Of a DNA stretch of 32,000 bases, positions 25,439 through 32,000 are shown in pieces; the stretch's first letter is position 1; each line of letters begins with the position of its first letter. The translations under genes were made by a program, and so were the position numbers. The notes beneath the pieces were generated by a model. It saw nothing but the letters and a program-made list of their open reading frames with translations. It was not told where the DNA came from and did not search any database. The DNA comes from an uncultured Chloroflexia bacterium (GTDB lineage: Bacteria > Chloroflexota > Anaerolineae > Anaerolineales > Anaerolineaceae), in assembly GCA_963704755.1 (NCBI GenBank), contig OY969938.1, positions 4,470,001 through 4,502,000 on the forward strand, in the 5' to 3' direction.

Positions 25439-26407
25439 TCAGCCGCGCAGTCGTCTGGCACGAGCGCCGACCCACACCCTGGCCAAAATATTAGCTGCCA
25501 GGACGATCATCATCAGTACCAGGGCGACGGCCCAGGACTGGTTGACGCGCTCGACGTAGGGCATTTGCGAATATTTCCACAAGGTAAGCGGCAGCGAGTT
25601 GACCGGCTGGTTGAGCATGGCCCAAATTGCCTGGAAGATGTTATGGCCGTTGGCCAGGCTGCTGGTTATGATCCGGCTCACGTTAAAGTTCTCATTACCC
25701 AACGCGGTAAAAAGCAGGGGAGCTGTTTCGCCAGAGGCGCGAGCCAGGCCCAGGATAAAGCCGGTCACGATCCCATTCAGGGTAGCCGGCAGCGTAATCG
25801 ATAGGGCCGTTTTCCATTCCGAAGAACCCAGGGCAAGCGAGCCTTCGCGCAGGGAAGGGGGCACCAGTTTGATCATCTCTTCGGTCGTTCGTACTATGGT
25901 TGGCAGCATGATGAGTGCCAGGGCGACACCGCCTGCCAGGGCCGAGTAATAGCCCATCGGTTTGACCATCAATGCGTAACCAAACAAACCGATCACGATC
26001 GAAGGGACCCCGGACAAAACGTCGGTGGAAAACCGCGCGACGGTTCCTAAAAGGGTATTGGGGCGGTAGGCGACGTAAAATGCGACCAGGATACCGAACG
26101 GAATAGAAAACACTCCGGCGATGATCGTTAGAATAATTGTGCCTTCGATAGCGCTCAATACTCCACCGCCGGCCATCCCCATTGGCTTGGGAAACTGGGT
26201 GAAGAAATCCAGGTTGATGTACTGGCCGCCTTTGTAAATAACGTAACCGATGATCCAGAATAAAGGCACCAAGGCTAACAAGGTCAGAAGGCCGGTCAGG
26301 GTGAGCATGGTGAAATTAGTGGCTTTCCGGCGGCGGTAGCGCTGGTGGACGTCGATAACCACGGTGTTGGCGCGAATGGGGCTTTCTGCAGCAATCATTT
26401 CGGTCAT
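25439..26407 (-). CDS. pstA: Phosphate ABC transporter permease PstA
   Basis: The ATG at 26407 overlaps the pstC stop (ATGA). The protein has six TM segments and the EAA-like loop REGSLALGSSEWKTALSITLP. The ORF-track extension to 26737 is out-of-frame overlap with pstC. Confidence 0.9.
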   Translation of the reverse strand: MTEMIAAESPIRANTVVIDVHQRYRRRKATNFTMLTLTGLLTLLALVPLFWIIGYVIYKGGQYINLDFFTQFPKPMGMAGGGVLSAIEGTIILTIIAGVFSIPFGILVAFYVAYRPNTLLGTVARFSTDVLSGVPSIVIGLFGYALMVKPMGYYSALAGGVALALIMLPTIVRTTEEMIKLVPPSLREGSLALGSSEWKTALSITLPATLNGIVTGFILGLARASGETAPLLFTALGNENFNVSRIITSSLANGHNIFQAIWAMLNQPVNSLPLTLWKYSQMPYVERVNQSWAVALVLMMIVLAANILARVWVGARARRLRG

Positions 26408-27393
26408 ATGCGGGCCTCCTGGGGGGTGCGCCGGGCTACGCTCCAGACGAGCAGGCGGGCAACGATGTTGAGGATCAGGGTGATAAAGAATAAGGTCAAA
26501 CCGATTGCGATCAGCGATTCGGAATGGATGGTCGAGACAGCTTCGGCAAATTCGTTGGCAATGACGCTGGCCATCGTATATCCCGGGCGCAGCAGAGAGG
26601 GCGAGCCCTCGATGCTGTTGCCGATCACCATAGTGACGGCCATGGTCTCGCCCAAGGCGCGGCCCAGTCCCAGGATCACAGCCCCCAGGATTCCGGATAA
26701 ACCATAAGGCACCAACACCTGCCAGATGGTTTCCCATTGGGTGGCGCCCAGCGCCAGGGCAGCTTCGCGTTGAGAGTTGGGAATGGCTAAAAGAACATCG
26801 CGGATAACCGAAGCAATGGTGGGAATCACCATAATGGTCAGGATAATTGCTGCGCCTATTCGACTGGCGCCACTGGCCGGAAGCGGACCGGCAAAGAGCG
26901 GCAAAAACCCTAGAAAATCATTCAAGAATACTGAAATAGGGTGGACGATGACCGGCAAAAATATAAAAAGACCCCACAGGCCATAAACCACACTCGGGAT
27001 TGCGGCCAATAATTCGATCAAAGTCCCCAGGGGTCCCCGCAGCCAATGTGGGCACAATTCGGCCAAAAAGATCGCAATGCCCAGGCTGATGGGGATAGCA
27101 AAGACGAGCGCAAACAAGGATGTAATCAGCGTGCCGTAAATAAATGGCCAGGCTTGAAATTTGCCCGTGACCGGGTTCCAGGTTGGGTCATTGGTGGGGA
27201 GCAGGAACTTGAGTCCAAGCTGAGATCGCGCGCCGGCCGAATCTTGCCAGAGGAGAAATCCAATTGCCAGAACAATAACCAGTAATACAAAAGCAGAGAT
27301 CACCAGCAATGGGTTCCAAACATTATCCCCATGTTTGAAAAATTTTTGGAGAGGATGGGCTGTTTTTGAGAGAGAGGAGGATTTTGTGGTCAT
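26404..27393 (-). CDS. pstC: Phosphate ABC transporter permease PstC
   Basis: Polytopic protein with the EAA loop REAALALGATQWETIWQVLVP. I prefer the ATG at 27393. The alternative TTG at 27441 lies inside an intercistronic hairpin. Confidence 0.88.
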   Translation of the reverse strand: MTTKSSSLSKTAHPLQKFFKHGDNVWNPLLVISAFVLLVIVLAIGFLLWQDSAGARSQLGLKFLLPTNDPTWNPVTGKFQAWPFIYGTLITSLFALVFAIPISLGIAIFLAELCPHWLRGPLGTLIELLAAIPSVVYGLWGLFIFLPVIVHPISVFLNDFLGFLPLFAGPLPASGASRIGAAIILTIMVIPTIASVIRDVLLAIPNSQREAALALGATQWETIWQVLVPYGLSGILGAVILGLGRALGETMAVTMVIGNSIEGSPSLLRPGYTMASVIANEFAEAVSTIHSESLIAIGLTLFFITLILNIVARLLVWSVARRTPQEARI

Positions 27394-27411
27394 TTCTTGC
27401 TTTTCATGAGA

Positions 27412-27444
27412 GGATTGGAGAGCCCTGGTCGGACCCTCCAATCC
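27412..27444 (-). promoter_or_regulatory. Intercistronic stem-loop between pstS and pstC
   Basis: GGATTGGAG-(15 nt)-CTCCAATCC gives a 9-bp stem with no U-tract. The position is typical of pstS-distal mRNA stabiliser or attenuator hairpins. Confidence 0.4.
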
Positions 27445-27495
27445 TGATTAATCTTGCCTCTAAGGAGGTTGGCTAGCGAAAATTGCGTTTCTAGA

Positions 27496-28698
27496 TTATT
27501 TGACGGGTTGGCCACCGTTGCAGGTCAAATCACCGAACTTGGCCAGTACCTGGTCGCGCACGGCGGAGGGCAGGGTGGAGTAACCTAACTGTGAAGCGCG
27601 GTTGCCGGCATTCTCATCGGTCATAGCCCAGGTAAAGAAGTCAACAATGGCTTTGGCTTTGGTGCAGTCGGTCATCGAGGTGGTGTGCAGAACGAGGTAG
27701 GTGTAGCCAGCGATCGGCCAGGTGTTGTCGCCAGAACCGTTCACGATGACGTTGGTGAATTTGTCGGTGAAGGAGTCAGCGAAGTCATTCATAGCAGACT
27801 GAACGGTGTCGCCACTGGCGGTCACGGTCTTGCCGGCCGCATTGATGAAATTGGCGAAGGTGATGCTATTTGCAATGGCGTAATTCAATTCGACATAACC
27901 GATGGAGTTGGGGGTGTTCTGGACGGTTGCAGCTACACCAGCGTTACCCTTACCGCCGATACCGGTGCCGGCTTTGTCCACAGGCCATTCGACCGAGGTA
28001 CCAAAACCAACGTTGTTCTTCCAGTTGTCGTCGAAAGCGGACAGTGCGCGGGTGAAGATTTCGGTCGTGCCGGAACCATCGGAGCGATGGGCAACCGTGA
28101 TGGAGGCATTGGGCAGTTTGCTGGCCAGGTCAGGGTTGAGGGCAGCGATCTTGGGATCGTTCCAGTTGGTGATGTCGCCATTGTAGATTGCGGTCAGGGT
28201 GGGGCCATCCAGAACCATGACGGGATCGTCAGCGGTGATACCATCGATGTTGTAGATCGGAACTACGGCGCCGGCCAGCATGGGGTACATTTGCAGGTCT
28301 TTGCCCTGGGTGTATTCGTCGTCCGTAACCAGCGAGTCGGAACCGGCGAAGTCCACGGTGCCGTCGATGATGGCTTTCTTACCGCCGCCAGAGCCGATAC
28401 CCTGGTAGTTGATGGTGACGGCCGGATTGACGAACTGGTAAGCATAAATCCATTCAGTGTACACAGGCAGCGGGAAAGTGGCGCCCGCGCCATTCAATTG
28501 GATCGAGCCAGCCGGCAGGGTGGTCGGTTGGGGTTCGGGAGTGGCGGTGATAACCATCGGTGTGCCCTCGACGATCTGGGTCACAACCACTGGCGTGGAG
28601 GTAGGACCTTCCTGGGTAGCAGCCGGGGCAGCGCAAGCTGACAGGGCCACACTCAGGATCATAAGCACGAACAAACTAGAAAGAAATACGCGACGCAT
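27496..28698 (-). CDS. pstS: Phosphate-binding lipoprotein PstS
   Basis: The signal peptide has the lipobox LSAC. A roughly 45-aa Thr/Pro/Val-rich tether follows, then the PBP domain with GAGATFPLPVY..YQGIGSGGG..HRSDGSGTT motifs. AGGAGAA lies upstream of the ATG at 28698. Confidence 0.92.
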   Translation of the reverse strand: MRRVFLSSLFVLMILSVALSACAAPAATQEGPTSTPVVVTQIVEGTPMVITATPEPQPTTLPAGSIQLNGAGATFPLPVYTEWIYAYQFVNPAVTINYQGIGSGGGKKAIIDGTVDFAGSDSLVTDDEYTQGKDLQMYPMLAGAVVPIYNIDGITADDPVMVLDGPTLTAIYNGDITNWNDPKIAALNPDLASKLPNASITVAHRSDGSGTTEIFTRALSAFDDNWKNNVGFGTSVEWPVDKAGTGIGGKGNAGVAATVQNTPNSIGYVELNYAIANSITFANFINAAGKTVTASGDTVQSAMNDFADSFTDKFTNVIVNGSGDNTWPIAGYTYLVLHTTSMTDCTKAKAIVDFFTWAMTDENAGNRASQLGYSTLPSAVRDQVLAKFGDLTCNGGQPVK

Positions 28699-28741
28699 TG
28701 AAATTCTTCTCCTAAAAAATTTGGATTTTTGTGTCTCGACT

Positions 28742-28795
28742 ATATTAGCAAACGCAAGTTAACCGCCCTGCAAGGATTTGTTAACATCTGATGAA
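28742..28795 (-). promoter_or_regulatory. Putative Pho-regulated pstS promoter: 11-bp-phased TT-hexamer repeats plus -10 TAATAT
   Basis: The minus strand reads TTCATC agatg TTAACA aatcc TTGCAG ggcgg TTAACT tgcgt TTGCTAATAT. That is four to five hexamers at exact 11-bp spacing occupying the -35 region. TAATAT lies at 28747-28742, about 44 nt before the ATG. Confidence 0.5.
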
Positions 28796-29195
28796 CGACA
28801 GTAAAATTTGAGTTAATTGAAAAAAGAATGGCAGGTGAGGTGTTTCGGTGTTTCTGTTTCTCAGTATGTAGAGGTGGGTGCAGGGCTAATCGATAGCATT
28901 GAATAATCACCGGACAGCACGATATACCAGGCTTTGCCCGTAACTCACCGGAAGCGAGCAGCTTTTAGCTGTTGGCTCTTAGCGGTTAGCTTGTTGGATT
29001 TTGGCGCTGAAGGGACCCCTTCGGTCGGAGGAATGTTTGGCTTTTGTAAGTTGAGTTGCGGGCAATGATCGAAACGCTGCGGGAGGAGAGGTTGTTTGTA
29101 ACTTGCACCATCGCCCGCAACCCAACAATATGTTTGGGTTATCGAAAAAAAGATCCCGATTGGTGTTTTGGCAACGGACCGGCTCAGGTTGGAAC

Positions 29196-29233
29196 AAAAA
29201 AACCTTCCCCTTCGGATACGAAGGGGAAGGTTT
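29196..29233 (-). terminator. Rho-independent terminator after the ABC-2 transporter operon
   Basis: The minus strand reads AAACCTTCCCCTTCG-TATC-CGAAGGGGAAGGTTT followed by a TTTTTTT run. It starts 22 nt after the stop at 29255. Confidence 0.8.
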
Positions 29234-29254
29234 GAAATATGCCTCATTTCTATT

Positions 29255-30466
29255 CTAGGCCGCGGCGCCGGCTTTCTTGAACCTGGACACGGCCAGGAAG
29301 AGGAACAGGGCGGCAAAACCGGCCTGGATCGCCAGGGCGGGCAAGATCCCCGGCAGGGAGTAGCCGCGTACCAGCACGTCCTGGAAGCTGTTCATCGCCC
29401 AACTGCTGGGCAGCAGTTTGCCGATGGCTGTAAAGCCGTTGCCGGCAAAATCGAGCGGGAACATGGCCCCGCCCAGGGCGGACAGGAGGAACATGGCCAG
29501 CATACCGAACATGGTCACCTGCTCGGTCCCTTTGGAGAAAGCGCCGATCAGCAAACCCAGGGCTGAAACCCACAGCGCCAGGGCGGCCAGGGCCAGGAAA
29601 GATGCCGCCGGATGGCCGAAGTAATTTACGTGGAAGACGGCCTGGCCGAGTACGATCAAAATTGTGGATTGGATGAACACGACCACGAACATGGCCATGG
29701 TGTGCCCCACGATCACTTCCGCGGTGGAAACCCCACCGGCCAGCATACGTTCCAGGGTGTGCGCCTGGCGCTCGTTGACCAGCACCATCGCTGAAGTGGT
29801 CAGTCCGAAGATGGCGAACATCACCATCATCCCCGGCGAAGATTGATTGTAAGCGTTGTCCAGGACCTCGGCCGAGGCCGGGCCGGTCTGGGGGGTCTGC
29901 GAAACGATGGTGTAGTTCGGGTTCTGCCAGGCCTGGATGGCGGCCTGAAGTACCGTGTTCTGTCCGGCGATGTTGTCCGGCGCCACCAGGCGGGCCATTT
30001 CCTGGCTGTCCGCCAGGGTGGACAGGCTGGCGTGTACCGCCGACTGGATTGTTTGGGCATTGCCGTTGGTCTGGTCGAGGATCAGTTGCAGCGGCTCGGG
30101 CGAGGCGGTCGCCAGGGCGTCGCTATAGCCGGCCGGGATGATCAGGATGGCGGCCAGGTTCTGTTCTTTGACCTGCGCTTCCAGGTCCGCCTGGGGTTGG
30201 GCCTGTACATCCTGGAAGGCAAAGGTTGGGTTGGCCGCCAGGCTGGAGCGCAGCGCGGAGGTGATGGGCGTATCGCCGTCCTGGTTCAACCAGCCGATCG
30301 AGATCGAGGCAGGCTGGTCGGATGAGCTGCCGGCTTTGAGCGCAAAGCCCATAAAGGCGGTGAACAGGGCCGGCATAAGGATGAAAAAGATCAAGGATTT
30401 GCGATCGCGGATGATTTGCGACAGGTCTTTTAAGGTAAGGGTGAGGATGCGCATGGCAAACTCCAT
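29255..30466 (-). CDS. ABC-2 type transporter permease
   Basis: 403 aa. An N-terminal TM helix is followed by a large extracytoplasmic loop and then five clustered TM helices (ABC-2/NatB-like topology). It follows a paralogous permease and an ATPase. Confidence 0.8.
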   Translation of the reverse strand: MEFAMRILTLTLKDLSQIIRDRKSLIFFILMPALFTAFMGFALKAGSSSDQPASISIGWLNQDGDTPITSALRSSLAANPTFAFQDVQAQPQADLEAQVKEQNLAAILIIPAGYSDALATASPEPLQLILDQTNGNAQTIQSAVHASLSTLADSQEMARLVAPDNIAGQNTVLQAAIQAWQNPNYTIVSQTPQTGPASAEVLDNAYNQSSPGMMVMFAIFGLTTSAMVLVNERQAHTLERMLAGGVSTAEVIVGHTMAMFVVVFIQSTILIVLGQAVFHVNYFGHPAASFLALAALALWVSALGLLIGAFSKGTEQVTMFGMLAMFLLSALGGAMFPLDFAGNGFTAIGKLLPSSWAMNSFQDVLVRGYSLPGILPALAIQAGFAALFLFLAVSRFKKAGAAA

Positions 30467-30472
30467 TTGGAT

Positions 30473-31714
30473 TTAGTAAGCAGTACTGTTGCGCCGTTGA
30501 AAGCGCAGCAGCCCACCGGCGAAGAAGCCGGCTCCGAGCAAGCCCAGAACGGCGATAGTCGGCAGGATGGTCGCCAGGCTGGCGCCATCCAGCGCTTGCG
30601 AAAAGGCGCGCATGGCCCAGCCCTGGGGAGTAAAGAGCGCCACGATTGTGAAGGCGGCCGGCAGGTTGGAGATGACCGCGGTGAACAGGCCGCCCATCAT
30701 GCCCATGACACTGAGGATCCCGCCGGTGATGGCGCCGGCCTGGCGGGCGTTATTGGCAAAAGTGAGCAGGAAGACCCCGAAGCCGGTCGAGGCGAGGGAC
30801 AGGCCGAACACGGCGACACCCAGGTTGAGCGGGTTGCCCCATTCGATGTGGAAGAGCAGATGCGAAGCCACCAGCAAGACCAGCGATTGGATCAAAATGG
30901 TCAGCCAGACGGCCAGGAATTTACCGGCCAGGATGGTCTTGCGGCTGGTAGGCGTAGTCAACAGCCGCGGCAAGGTCTGCTGCTCTTCTTCACGCAGGAT
31001 CGACAGCGCGCCGTTGGCGCCGCTGAAGAAGACGAAGAAGATCATCATCCCGGCCATCATTTTGGGCAGGATCAGGGCCAGTGGGGATGCATCCTGAGCG
31101 GTGGCCGAAACGTCGACCGTCTCCAAATAGGGGCTGTTGTCCGCTTGCAGGCCGCTGACCAGGTCCGTATGGCTCTGGATATATTCACCCAGCAAGGCCG
31201 GGGGAGCCGATGGCCCGGCCAGCTCGCTGAGGATGGCCGTGCCGTCCAAGGTATGCAGATATTGATCGACCAATGCGTCGAACACTTGCAGGCCAGTGCC
31301 GGCGGCCGCGTCGTGCAGCAGGGTCAGCGAAGCGCTGGACTGCTCAGCGTAGAAAGCCTGGGTGAAACCGGCGGGGATAATCAAGGCTGCGGAAGCTTTT
31401 TGATCGCTAACAGCCTGGCGCGCACTTTGTTCGTCGGTCACGGTCTCCACTTTCAGCCAGGCCGGTACCTGGTCCGATATGAGATAACTTTGCAGTTGGT
31501 CCCCCAGTGCTGGCGAGCCGGCGGTACCCTGGTCTAGATTGGCGACGACTACCGGAAAATCGGTCAGGGTCATTTCGCCGCTCTTGGCGGTTCCGCCGAA
31601 GGCCAGCCCCACCAGCCCGGTGATGAGCAGCGGGGCAACGATCATCATGCCCACTGCGACCAGGCTGCGAGAAGATTGGATGAGATCTTTGAGTGCGATA
31701 TTGAAAATTTTCAT
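30473..31714 (-). CDS. ABC-2 type transporter permease (paralog)
   Basis: 413 aa with the same topology as the downstream gene. It starts 17 nt after the ATPase stop. Confidence 0.8.
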   Translation of the reverse strand: MKIFNIALKDLIQSSRSLVAVGMMIVAPLLITGLVGLAFGGTAKSGEMTLTDFPVVVANLDQGTAGSPALGDQLQSYLISDQVPAWLKVETVTDEQSARQAVSDQKASAALIIPAGFTQAFYAEQSSASLTLLHDAAAGTGLQVFDALVDQYLHTLDGTAILSELAGPSAPPALLGEYIQSHTDLVSGLQADNSPYLETVDVSATAQDASPLALILPKMMAGMMIFFVFFSGANGALSILREEEQQTLPRLLTTPTSRKTILAGKFLAVWLTILIQSLVLLVASHLLFHIEWGNPLNLGVAVFGLSLASTGFGVFLLTFANNARQAGAITGGILSVMGMMGGLFTAVISNLPAAFTIVALFTPQGWAMRAFSQALDGASLATILPTIAVLGLLGAGFFAGGLLRFQRRNSTAY

Positions 31715-31730
31715 GGCACACTTTTCCTGT

Positions 31731-32000
31731 TCAGTCGCGCAGCGCTTTGCCGGTCAGGTGCAAAAACACAGTTTCGAGGTTAGGCTCGACCACGTTCATG
31801 CCGGTGATGCGTGCGTTCAAGCGGCCGGCGGTTTCGAAGAGAGCCGGCAGAACCTGGTTGCTGTCGGGGGTCAGGATGCTGATGGTTCCGTCGGTTCGGT
31901 CGGCTTTGGTCACCCCTGGGATAGTCTTCCAGGCGCTCAGTACTTCCTCTTTGTTGGCGTTGATGGTCAGATCGATGCGGGTGTTTTCACCGACCAGGCG
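31731..32000 (-). CDS. ABC transporter ATP-binding protein, C-terminal part only (continues beyond the window end)
   Basis: The C-terminus ..ITGMNVVEPNLETVFLHLTGKALRD matches the LE(D/T)VFLxLTG ending of ABC-2-associated ATPases. The frame stays open to position 32000. Confidence 0.7.
   Translation of the reverse strand, partial: RLVGENTRIDLTINANKEEVLSAWKTIPGVTKADRTDGTISILTPDSNQVLPALFETAGRLNARITGMNVVEPNLETVFLHLTGKALRD

Noticed and set aside
25439-26737. The 432-aa version of the pstA ORF, and similar long N-terminal extensions at 5387-5824, 20238-21101, 23820-24602 and 3263-4771
   Set aside because: The extensions overlap the upstream gene out of frame and are Pro/Arg/Gly-rich. Internal ATG codons with SD sequences or ATGA coupling give N-termini that match the families.
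27685-28641. 318-aa ORF on the plus strand
   Set aside because: It is antisense to pstS. The ORF is a Gly/Val/Asp-rich mirror of the PstS coding frame.
28900-28975. CACCGGAAGCGAGCAGC, faintly reminiscent of the SRP RNA domain IV GGAA tetraloop / AGCA motif
   Set aside because: The flanking bases do not form the required helix 8 pairing (CACC versus GCGAG). No helix 5 partner strands or terminal stem could be found on either strand.
29092-29235. 47-codon TTG-initiated ORF (MFVTCTIARNPTICLGYRKKDPDWCFGNG...) behind a strong GGGAGGAGAGG purine tract
   Set aside because: It reads straight through the opposite-strand terminator hairpin. It has no recognisable family and a non-ATG start, and nothing distinguishes it from chance in a 400-nt spacer. 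It would only become interesting if ribosome profiling or conservation supported it.
30467-31537. 356-aa ORF on the plus strand
   Set aside because: It is antisense to an ABC-2 permease with convincing TM topology. The ORF is highly charged, Gly/Gln/Arg-rich and has no motifs.
1-32000. CRISPR arrays, tRNA/rRNA genes, IS elements or prophage and defence-island signatures
   Set aside because: I saw no regularly spaced direct repeats and no tRNA-like T-arm or acceptor patterns in the intergenic regions. I also saw no transposase, integrase or phage-like ORFs. The window reads as core chromosome.

Overview
This is a 32-kb chromosomal window with dense coding and moderately high GC. I found no rRNA, tRNA, CRISPR array, transposase or integrase. 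The gene content (archaeal-type ProRS, two DUF2029/GT87 membrane proteins, a DHH-CBS-CCA fusion, a lipoprotein PstS with a Thr/Pro tether) suggests a Chloroflexota (Anaerolineae-like) bacterium, but that is inference only.

Gene order:
- Partial rpsO (-).
- ECF sigma and anti-sigma pair (+).
- A minus-strand run: GT87, MazG-like, LOG-like, proS, HEAT-repeat protein.
- A divergent second GT87 paralog (+).
- Small ORF and EF-G paralog (-).
- SAM methyltransferase and secreted protein (+).
- GNAT (-).
- A frameshifted DHH-DHHA1-CBS-CCA/poly(A) polymerase fusion (-).
- MoeB-rhodanese, PIG-L deacetylase, lipB and a carotenoid-synthesis-family membrane protein (+).
- A long minus-strand block: ABC ATPase plus two ABC-2 permeases, then pstS-pstC-pstA-pstB-phoU, then two tandem divergent thymidylate-kinase-fold proteins, CHAD, metallophosphoesterase and a stand-alone Ppx-type HD domain.

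Most notable observations:
1. The five-gene Tmk-like/CHAD/phosphoesterase/HD module next to the Pst operon is a candidate polyphosphate-linked system.
2. A family of 57-nt palindromic elements (27-bp arms) brackets moeB. The two copies differ by compensatory arm changes, and further long hairpins fill the same divergent intergenic region.
3. Two apparent single-base frameshifts lie in short homopolymers.
4. 11-bp-phased Pho-box-like repeats lie upstream of pstS.

All functional calls rest on motif recognition by eye. No database search was run.
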